From the sequence record MK327931.1: DNA of 64,000 nucleotides, one strand, 5' to 3'. A model generated the notes under the pieces. The model ran no database searches and was not told the origin of the DNA. It saw nothing but the letters and a program-made list of their open reading frames with translations. Made by a program: the position numbers and the translations under genes. Positions 17,936 through 24,713 of the stretch are shown here, in pieces; position 1 is the stretch's first letter; every line of letters starts with the position of its first letter.

Positions 17936-18202
17936 TTATTCAAGTACTGCAATCTTTTTAGTACGGTACACGGTCACGCGGTTGCCCTTTCGGTCGAGCT
18001 TTATTTCTACCACTCGACGCGATACACTATCAGGACTTTTCAACGCCGCTAACCAGTACTGTAATGATCTGGCGGTACTACGCTTTATAATGGCCCAACG
18101 TTTACCACGTTCCGATTGTACGCCCATATCTTTAAACGTTGCCCCGTCCTGGCGTGCGGCGATCCGAGCTTGTTCACGCGTCGCAAAATACTTAATATTC
18201 AT
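17936..18202 (-). CDS. hypothetical early protein, paralogue of 5754-6149
   Basis: shared motifs; start at MNIKYF. Confidence 0.8.
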   Translation of the reverse strand: MNIKYFATREQARIAARQDGATFKDMGVQSERGKRWAIIKRSTARSLQYWLAALKSPDSVSRRVVEIKLDRKGNRVTVYRTKKIAVLE

Positions 18203-18287
18203 GCTGTTGCCCTTATCGTTGGTGTATGAATAAAACACTATTATAAAGTACTATCGCAAAAAATGATAGTACTTTAAATAAATTCTA

Positions 18288-18527
18288 TTACATTCCAACC
18301 ATTGCAGCACGGATCGCAGTAGTGCTATATTTGAATCCGTCCGGCGTTTTATCTTGTCCAGTCTGTTCTAAAAATAACATCATATGACGGGCCGCATCAT
18401 TACGATTAGTATTGGCGGCAATAAAGTCCTGGGCCAACCGGTATAATGATTCATCGTTATTAATCCAAAGGCTTACATTCCAATGAGTTTTGTTTTTGTG
18501 ACCTAAGAACATTTTTGATTTAGCCAT
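18288..18527 (-). CDS. conserved phage hypothetical protein (79 aa; THWNVSLWINND motif)
   Basis: start moved to ATG after GAGGA. Confidence 0.8.
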   Translation of the reverse strand: MAKSKMFLGHKNKTHWNVSLWINNDESLYRLAQDFIAANTNRNDAARHMMLFLEQTGQDKTPDGFKYSTTAIRAAMVGM

Positions 18528-18620
18528 TTTTTTAATCCTCTTATATAGTGGGGAACTATTCCCCACCTGATGTAAAACATTATACGCTTTTAAACATAGT
18601 TTGCAAGTACTTTATTAAAC

Positions 18621-18983
18621 TTATTCGTAAATTTTGCCACTGTCAGCCCATACCAGGAAACGAGGCATATTATCCCATGCATCTTGTTTTAAATTTAAAC
18701 CGTGTAATACTTCTGTACTTTCCATTCCTGGTACTGGTTTACTATACACCGCGAAATTTTCGCCCATATACTGATAAACCATCGTCAAATCACTGGCGAT
18801 CATCTTATGGATCATCGCATCAAGCATCACGGTAGCGGCGTATTGTTCACGCTTAAGCGGCAACATTGTAATAAGTTCCCGATAAGCTGAAATGTGAATT
18901 TTTACCGTTTCAGCCGGAAGACCTTTCATCTCTTCACGGAAGTTGACCAGGTTAGAAATAATTTTATTGATTTGGGTCGCCAT
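18621..18983 (-). CDS. hypothetical early protein (120 aa)
   Basis: start moved to MATQIN; first promoter cassette of the zone at 19007-19072. Confidence 0.75.
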   Translation of the reverse strand: MATQINKIISNLVNFREEMKGLPAETVKIHISAYRELITMLPLKREQYAATVMLDAMIHKMIASDLTMVYQYMGENFAVYSKPVPGMESTEVLHGLNLKQDAWDNMPRFLVWADSGKIYE

Positions 18984-19302
18984 CGTATTAATCTCTTTTA
19001 AAGTGTAGCGGGAAGTGTTCCCGCTCTCGATGTAAAACATTATACGCCTTTAAACATAGTTTGCAAGTACTTTCTACATGTACTTTTAAAATAGTTTTCT
19101 TTCTATATAGGGGAACTATCATTCAGTACTATTATTCAGTACTGAATCAACCAAATCACTACTACACCCCATAAAACGGCCTCAGACGCATTCTAACGCA
19201 TTAATACACCTAAGCTATACATTTGCACCATTCCAATCATTCCAGGGCTTTACGGGCCGTTTAAACGCGTTAAATTATTTTCAATTATTTTGTTTTTAGC
19301 TA

Positions 19303-19382
19303 TTGACTCAGTACAGAAAAAGCGTATAATTACTACATAGACGCGAGAAAGCGGAAACCCCAGAGGGTGCGGAATTACGCCC
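19303..19382 (+). ncRNA. two-hairpin RNA module, family A copy 8
   Basis: TTGACT-16-TATAAT; CGC-GAGAAA-GCG; CCCAGAGGGTGCG-GAAT-TACGCCC. Confidence 0.55.
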
Positions 19383-19402
19383 AAAATTCAAGATATAAAA
19401 AA

Positions 19403-19485
19403 AGGATACACTCCCGCACCCTAGCAGGTAAACGCACTTTCTCAGTACTGAAATATAGTACCATAGTCCGGCCCAGGATAGCAAG
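19403..19485 (-). ncRNA. degenerate family A copy 9, convergent with copy 8
   Basis: GGGTGCG-GGAG-TGTATCC hairpin; weak promoter upstream. Confidence 0.4.
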
Positions 19486-19518
19486 CAAATTAATTAAAAC
19501 TTTTTTGCTTCCAGGGTA

Positions 19519-19598
19519 TTGCTTTATTTTTTCAGTACTGTATAATAGTTCCATCAAGTCGAGAAAGACTCAAGCCCACCGGGTGCATAGTTACGCCC
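19519..19598 (+). ncRNA. two-hairpin RNA module, family A copy 10
   Basis: TTGCTT-16-TATAAT; GTC-GAGAAA-GAC; GCCCACCGGGTGCA-TAGT-TACGCCC. Confidence 0.55.
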
Positions 19599-19643
19599 AA
19601 AATTCAGTACTGAAAAAATTTTTAAAAATATCCGTCCAGGCCG

Positions 19644-19675
19644 TTGACATTGCCCCCAGTTTATAAGATAATGAT
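19644..19675 (+). promoter_or_regulatory. rightward sigma70 promoter with no downstream ORF
   Basis: TTGACA-17-GATAAT. Confidence 0.6.
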
Positions 19676-19769
19676 TCCAGATTCAGAAAAATCTAACTCC
19701 AGATACTGCGGGGAAACTATCCCCACGCGGTAGGGGAACTATTGGAAAAAACAAAATAAAATTTTGATT

Positions 19770-19897
19770 TAGCCGTCTATACTTCCAGACGTGTAACCAT
19801 CTAGCCGTTTAGCCGTCCAAACGTCTAGCCATCCAGAAATCTAGCCGTCTAGATGGATAGCCATCTTTACTTCCAGACTTCTGGAGGGCTAGACATA
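19770..19897. repeat. degenerate 8-bp-period tandem array (TAGCCRTC / CARACGTC units)
   Basis: TAGCCRT at 19770, 19802, 19810, 19826, 19842, 19858, all multiples of 8 apart. Confidence 0.85.
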
Positions 19898-20933
19898 TCT
19901 ACGCCCAAAATCCATCCAGGGTAACTACACCCAAAATCCGTCAGTACTATACCATAGATCTATCTTTTGAAAGGGAGTATTCAGTACTGCCATCATAGCC
20001 CTCACTATGTTACCCTAGGAGGATGAAGACCATCATGTAGTACTGAATACTGTTAGAGGGAATCCACCAGCACAAGCTGGTGGTATAATGCTTTAGATTA
20101 AAATCAGTACTGACACCATTCTGTTAATATCAGTACTGTTATTACGATTTTCATATGAGGTTCAAAAAGATGTACCACCACAGGAGGAACTATCTTTTCT
20201 GTACTGTCTCACGACAGGAGGTAGAGTAAATGAATTGTTCGCAGCAACTCATCACCCCTTGAAGCTATGTAGAACATTATACAGTACTGAATCATAATGT
20301 CAATAGCTTTCTTTCATTATTCAGTACTGATATTCTTGAGAACTACCCGACTACAAACATCATTATATCCCACAAATCATAAACGTCCCAACGTAAATTT
20401 CAACTTTCGAAGATCCAACTTTTATTTCATAGGTACTCCAAAATTTTTAGGATCGAGATTTAGGATGGAGTACTAACCAACTTTTTGCTGGAGCCTCAAG
20501 GGGTAATTGAATTTTACCCCGAAGGGTAAAAGGGTAATTGTAATTAAGGTGAAAGTAATAATTCAGTACTAATCATTGCGTGATTACTTTTGATTACATT
20601 TGATGTAATTTGCAAAATGGAAAAGGAGCTTGGAAACTACAAAGTACGGCAGACTTCCTCTGCCTACTTAGTGGCATATCAGTACTGAATCATTCACACA
20701 CATTTCCGTGCATTCTTGTCTATACTAATCAGTACTGAATCATATATAATCATTCTGTGATTCTACGGTGCTCATATAAATGTTTATATATGATTACTTA
20801 TGACTACCTATGATTACGGGGTTTAGCCTGGGGAGAATCCTAGTGATCGCATTTGTCCAGGCTGAATTTTAACATATGCAACATATGTTAAAGCCTGTAT
20901 AATGCTTCCACTACGGAGCTTCCCCTAGCTATA

Positions 20934-21125
20934 TTACTTCCTATATATAATCATTAAGATATAGTAGTACTGATTATACTGTACATTCTCTTTAATATTA
21001 TAAGGGTCTATAGCAATCTCGGTACATCTATTAAATGCATATCTATTAAATGCCAGTGGAATTATAGATCTAATCCATACTTGTTCATTTTCTTTTAGTT
21101 TACTTATATAGAAGTTTTTATACAT
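20934..21125 (-). CDS. HKEYY-family tandem paralogue (63 aa)
   Basis: MYKNFYI...YYILMIIYRK. Confidence 0.8.
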   Translation of the reverse strand: MYKNFYISKLKENEQVWIRSIIPLAFNRYAFNRCTEIAIDPYNIKENVQYNQYYYILMIIYRK

Positions 21126-21140
21126 AGTATTCTCTATTAA

Positions 21141-21323
21141 TTAATATGATAGTACTAGTGTTAGTACTGAGCACAATTGTTCTTTGTAGTTCTTAGGGTA
21201 TATAGAATCTTTTATGCACTCATTGAAGTGCCATAGGTATAATCTTGGGTCGCATTCTTTATATATTCTTACGGGGACGAATGTTAGTTTTCTTATATAG
21301 AATTCTTTATGTTCTTTATTCAT
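21141..21323 (-). CDS. HKEYY-family tandem paralogue (60 aa)
   Basis: HKEFYI. Confidence 0.8.
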   Translation of the reverse strand: MNKEHKEFYIRKLTFVPVRIYKECDPRLYLWHFNECIKDSIYPKNYKEQLCSVLTLVLSY

Positions 21324-21328
21324 ATTAG

Positions 21329-21514
21329 TTAGTGTCTGTATATAAGTAATAGTAAGAATACGTACTGCACATCTTCATCTTTAGTATTGAGTACTGTACG
21401 TATTGCGTCATGGAACAAGAATATAGTACTTGGGTCATGAAAATTTAAAGGGGTTCTGGGTACGGCATGTTTGTAGTTCCCTTTAACAAATTGTGTGTAG
21501 TATTCTCTATGCAT
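21329..21514 (-). CDS. HKEYY-family tandem paralogue (61 aa)
   Basis: MHREYY...LLLIYRH. Confidence 0.85.
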   Translation of the reverse strand: MHREYYTQFVKGNYKHAVPRTPLNFHDPSTIFLFHDAIRTVLNTKDEDVQYVFLLLLIYRH

Positions 21515-21515
21515 A

Positions 21516-21701
21516 TTAGTACCTATATATTAGGGCGAGAATGTAGTACAATTCATATGGAATGTAATTTGGGGTGATCGCACACTGTGTATGGTAAATG
21601 AATTGTTCGGTATTTTTCTTATCCTTGATATCTATTGGGATTAGTGGTATAAGCATTTGGGAGTTTAGATCCAGATGGCTTAAGTAGAATTCTTTATGCA
21701 T
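21516..21701 (-). CDS. HKEYY-family tandem paralogue (61 aa)
   Basis: MHKEFY...LALIYRY. Confidence 0.85.
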   Translation of the reverse strand: MHKEFYLSHLDLNSQMLIPLIPIDIKDKKNTEQFIYHTQCAITPNYIPYELYYILALIYRY

Positions 21702-21710
21702 ATTGTTCTC

Positions 21711-21899
21711 TTAGAATACGAAAGCTAGGTACAGGGTATGATACAGTACTCGATGGTAGCTGTCAAAATCTAGTATACATGCTTTAGTGCACATAGTAAA
21801 ATACACTTTATCATTTTGTGCATTGATACCGCGAGGTTTATCTAATAGATTAGTTCTGAGGTACATTGGGAAATATTTTGTGTAGTATTCTTTATGCAT
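21711..21899 (-). CDS. HKEYY-family tandem paralogue (62 aa)
   Basis: start moved to MHKEYY. Confidence 0.85.
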   Translation of the reverse strand: MHKEYYTKYFPMYLRTNLLDKPRGINAQNDKVYFTMCTKACILDFDSYHRVLYHTLYLAFVF

Positions 21900-21900
21900 G

Positions 21901-22083
21901 TTAGTACCTGAATATAAGTAGGATAGTGTTATATAGCTGGTCATAACTACTACTATTTTCTATACTTCGTTCTATGCAGTTATTGAATCCCAGTACTGCC
22001 AAATCGTTATCCAGAGGGACTTTATATCTGGCGTAGTGTACAAAAATGCTGGGGAGAAATTGTGTGTAGTATTCTTTGTGCAT
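21901..22083 (-). CDS. HKEYY-family tandem paralogue (60 aa)
   Basis: MHKEYY...LLIFRY. Confidence 0.85.
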   Translation of the reverse strand: MHKEYYTQFLPSIFVHYARYKVPLDNDLAVLGFNNCIERSIENSSSYDQLYNTILLIFRY

Positions 22084-22084
22084 A

Positions 22085-22276
22085 TTAGTACCTATATATT
22101 AGTAAAAGGATGTGATACAGTACTCGATTATAGTCTTCAATATATATCGAGGATTTAGTGCACTGAATGAAGTAGTCTTTTTCGTAGTTTTTTTCTATAC
22201 CCAATGGTTCTGTTGGTACAAGGTGTTGGAGATACATTGGGAGTTTCTCTATGTAGTATTCTTTGTGGTTATTCAT
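22085..22276 (-). CDS. HKEYY-family tandem paralogue (63 aa)
   Basis: MNNHKEYY...LLLIYRY. Confidence 0.85.
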   Translation of the reverse strand: MNNHKEYYIEKLPMYLQHLVPTEPLGIEKNYEKDYFIQCTKSSIYIEDYNRVLYHILLLIYRY

Positions 22277-22277
22277 A

Positions 22278-22460
22278 TTAGTACCTGAATGTTAGCATTA
22301 CTACGTAGTACAGCATATATGGATTATCATCGTATATGAGCGTGTACTTAGTACATTGTTGGAACATTATCTTTGCGTGATCTTTTATTCCTATTGGTTC
22401 TGTTGGTATATGGTGCTGGAGATGCATAGGGATTTTATCCCTGTAGTATTCTTTGTGCAT
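22278..22460 (-). CDS. HKEYY-family tandem paralogue (60 aa)
   Basis: MHKEYY...MLTFRY. Confidence 0.85.
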   Translation of the reverse strand: MHKEYYRDKIPMHLQHHIPTEPIGIKDHAKIMFQQCTKYTLIYDDNPYMLYYVVMLTFRY

Positions 22461-22470
22461 GTTGTTCTCT

Positions 22471-22653
22471 TTAGTACTTATATATTAGGAGTAAAATGTT
22501 ATAGTACTGGTTCATTGCGTCATCATTTTCTATAGCACGTTTTACGCTATTCATGTAGTTAGATCGAGCGGCACGAGTTATGAGAAGAACTTTGTATGCA
22601 GCAAAGTATTTTTGCTGCACGGGTAGTTTAGAGATATAGTATTCTTTATACAT
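22471..22653 (-). CDS. HKEYY-family tandem paralogue (60 aa)
   Basis: start moved to MYKEYY; ends LLLIYKY. Confidence 0.85.
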   Translation of the reverse strand: MYKEYYISKLPVQQKYFAAYKVLLITRAARSNYMNSVKRAIENDDAMNQYYNILLLIYKY

Positions 22654-23317
22654 AGTTTGTAATATACGTAATGAGGTGATGCATTTTCTTATTAGTACTG
22701 ATAATTTCCTGTACATGTTTTGTCAGATTGTACGCGTTTTTATAGAGTACTGGATTATCGATTACAGTACTGTACATGAATAGTTCTTCTTCCTGTAGTT
22801 CTTTGTGTTCTAGTTCTTTGAGGAAATCTACAATTGATTTAGTTTCTTCTGAACGTTGTGCTTGCCAGAAGTGCATATTCTCGTGTACTTTTTCTGCATC
22901 AGTAGAGTATATGCCACCCATTTGGAATTGTGCTGTATTGACATCGTGGGAGGTGTTACAATTCCCGAAGAAGTATGTATTCCCGAAGTATAGCATTAAA
23001 GTGCACGGGGTATTATCCAACTGCATATTGATGATGAAGGATGCGTTCTTTAGTACCTTTGTGCTCGTATTAGTACTCAATACTTTTAAATCAGTATTAT
23101 AGATATTCATATAATGAACAGCTATATTATTTTTCTTCATGTACAATTCAAGGTTCTTTGATACGTTAACTCCATTTGTACTGGATTTTTCCTTTTTATT
23201 TCGTTTCTTTAGTACATTCGGGTGATACGTATATGCAGATGTAACTGATTCTGCCTGAATACTATTGAGGTACTTAAAGTGCTTAAGGTATTGTTTGCTG
23301 TGTGCATTAAGTTTCAT
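22646..23317 (-). CDS. hypothetical protein (223 aa) interrupting the paralogue array
   Basis: ORF track; AAGGA SD. Confidence 0.8.
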   Translation of the reverse strand: MKLNAHSKQYLKHFKYLNSIQAESVTSAYTYHPNVLKKRNKKEKSSTNGVNVSKNLELYMKKNNIAVHYMNIYNTDLKVLSTNTSTKVLKNASFIINMQLDNTPCTLMLYFGNTYFFGNCNTSHDVNTAQFQMGGIYSTDAEKVHENMHFWQAQRSEETKSIVDFLKELEHKELQEEELFMYSTVIDNPVLYKNAYNLTKHVQEIISTNKKMHHLITYITNYV

Positions 23318-23327
23318 TTGGTTTCCT

Positions 23328-23507
23328 TTATATAGATGCCAGGGCGAGGATTTCCCTGTAGGGATTATCTTGTGTTAGTACAGCATAAATGCAGCTATTG
23401 AGATTAATATTTTTAGTACTTTTTGTTCCTAGTTTGTAGTACTTCACGAAGGTGTCGTACATGAAACGGTCTTTTATGGTTATACGTTCTCTATAGAATT
23501 GTTGCAT
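23328..23507 (-). CDS. HKEYY-related paralogue (59 aa, MQQFYRE...YREILALASI)
   Basis: read by hand; AAGGA SD. Confidence 0.75.
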   Translation of the reverse strand: MQQFYRERITIKDRFMYDTFVKYYKLGTKSTKNINLNSCIYAVLTQDNPYREILALASI

Positions 23508-23515
23508 AGTATTCC

Positions 23516-23698
23516 TTAAATAGCGATTAGTTTCATTACTTCTCTGTATGTGTACTTTTCGTTTTGTGCATCTCTTGTGACGACATATAGGAAGGTGTGT
23601 TTATCTTTTTTGTTCCCGCAATTGTAGAAAATATTGAACTTATTGAAGTTGAATCTTTCGGCGTGTTGTAGTTTAGTTAAATAGAATTCTATGTTCAT
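23516..23698 (-). CDS. HKEYY-related paralogue (60 aa)
   Basis: MNIEFYL...YTYREVMKLIAI. Confidence 0.8.
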   Translation of the reverse strand: MNIEFYLTKLQHAERFNFNKFNIFYNCGNKKDKHTFLYVVTRDAQNEKYTYREVMKLIAI

Positions 23699-23706
23699 TT
23701 TCTTCC

Positions 23707-23892
23707 TTACATTTCAATAAGTTTAAGTACTGCTCGGTACGTGTACTTAGTTGTTAGTGCTTCTTTAATAGAAATGCAGAAGTAATGTTGTTTGTCTCTT
23801 ATACTGCCGCGTTTGTAGTACCACACATGGGAGTTGTGACTGTACTTGTCTCTGTCGGATAGTTGTTGGTAGTAGTAGCTTATATGATTCAT
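23707..23892 (-). CDS. HKEYY-related paralogue (61 aa)
   Basis: ...YTYRAVLKLIEM. Confidence 0.8.
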   Translation of the reverse strand: MNHISYYYQQLSDRDKYSHNSHVWYYKRGSIRDKQHYFCISIKEALTTKYTYRAVLKLIEM

Positions 23893-24101
23893 TATAATGT
23901 AATTAGCCTTACTATATTAAAGTACTCGGTCCCTGGTGTACCTTGTAGTATATTACGCACGACATTTTTTTGGTGCTGGATGATTGCTGAAGGTGCGGTT
24001 CTTTTTAGTTTTTTTAAAGTACTGAATTCTTGTTTAAGTATGAACTGTACATCTTTAGGGAGAATATCTATGTAGTACTGATGAATGTTTGTAGTTTTCA
24101 T
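23892..24101 (-). CDS. HKEYY-related paralogue (69 aa)
   Basis: HQYYIDILP...YFNIVRLITL. Confidence 0.8.
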   Translation of the reverse strand: MKTTNIHQYYIDILPKDVQFILKQEFSTLKKLKRTAPSAIIQHQKNVVRNILQGTPGTEYFNIVRLITL

Positions 24102-24111
24102 ATAGCACCTT

Positions 24112-24306
24112 TTAGAACTTAAAGATGAGGTTCAGGATAGAGCGGTACTTAGTTTCAGGGAACTGATGTTCTATTGCATAACGTGTCGCCATCCTGAAAT
24201 CGTAATTGTAATATAGATTATCCTTTCTCATAGGTGGTGCTAAAGAGAATGATAGCTGGTCTTGCTTGTGTAGTTTACTACCATAGAAATCTTTATGATT
24301 ATTCAT
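24112..24306 (-). CDS. HKEYY-related paralogue (64 aa)
   Basis: MNNHKDFY...YRSILNLIFKF. Confidence 0.8.
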   Translation of the reverse strand: MNNHKDFYGSKLHKQDQLSFSLAPPMRKDNLYYNYDFRMATRYAIEHQFPETKYRSILNLIFKF

Positions 24307-24508
24307 AGAAGTAGATTAGTCCTATTAAACCTGAGTACATAATATTTTTGTTATTGCATTCGATTGCTTCTAGAGTACTACGTATACAATTATTAAAGCA
24401 ATCTCTACCGAAGTGAGTATTGGTACTTACAGGTGATACACTCCTTAGAAACAATTGTTCTTCGTTGCTAAGGTATTTGGTGTAGAATTCTTTATGTTCA
24501 GTATTCAT
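24299..24508 (-). CDS. HKEYY-related paralogue (69 aa)
   Basis: HKEFYT...LIGLIYFY. Confidence 0.8.
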   Translation of the reverse strand: MNTEHKEFYTKYLSNEEQLFLRSVSPVSTNTHFGRDCFNNCIRSTLEAIECNNKNIMYSGLIGLIYFYE

Positions 24509-24509
24509 A

Positions 24510-24713
24510 TTAGTACTCGATTAAAAGGGCAAGGATATAATAGTATTGCATACTTTCTGCCCCTTGTAAAGCATTTCTTATGATATTACTCCTGTACGAG
24601 TTCAGGAGTTTAGGACAACGTTTGTAGTGTATAAAAGTATTTTGTGTATACAGTAGGCTTTCTCGTAGACCTTTTGTTGGTAGTGCATCGATGTAGTACT
24701 GTTCAATGTTCAT
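24510..24713 (-). CDS. HKEYY-related paralogue (67 aa)
   Basis: EQYYIDALP...YYYILALLIEY. Confidence 0.8.
   Translation of the reverse strand: MNIEQYYIDALPTKGLRESLLYTQNTFIHYKRCPKLLNSYRSNIIRNALQGAESMQYYYILALLIEY

Larger units (their letters stand above)
845..19075 (-). promoter_or_regulatory. family of more than 25 sigma70 promoter + 5' stem-loop + SD cassettes (PeSL-like)
   Basis: minus-strand consensus AAAAGTACTTGCA or TTGACA-17-TATAAT-GTTTTACAT-RAGGGGAGAA-NNN-TTCTCCC-SD; e.g. 850, 1724, 2700, 3250, 3745, 4048, 6590, 6860, 8173, 10171, 10606, 11193, 11423, 12937, 15556, 16509, 17869, 18549, 19007. Confidence 0.9.
19376..19937 (+). repeat. four copies of TACRCCCAAAAT
   Basis: 19376, 19592, 19900, 19926. 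Confidence 0.85.
1363..20083. other. cluster of Chi sites (GCTGGTGG): 9 on minus strand, 1 on plus
   Basis: CCACCAGC at 1363, 1586, 3163, 5062, 7411, 8679, 9392, 13594, 20064; GCTGGTGG at 20076. Confidence 0.9.

Noticed and set aside
648-18835. Plus-strand ORFs in the early region (e.g. 648, 2475, 8145, 10982, 13737, 17982, 18548)
   Set aside because: Antisense shadows of well-supported minus-strand genes, with no SD or promoter.
845-19075. CRISPR array suggested by regularly recurring repeats
   Set aside because: The repeats are promoter/hairpin/SD units separated by whole genes of variable length, not 30-40 bp spacers; no cas genes.
1404-19598. CsrB-like CsrA sponge as the explanation for family A RNAs
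   Set aside because: A GGAG loop occurs in only four of ten copies, while the stem and CCCA are conserved; kept only as a minor possibility.
19367-19666. ORFs 19367-19666 (+) and 19375-19557 (-)
   Set aside because: They run through promoters and RNA modules, lack an SD and have atypical composition.
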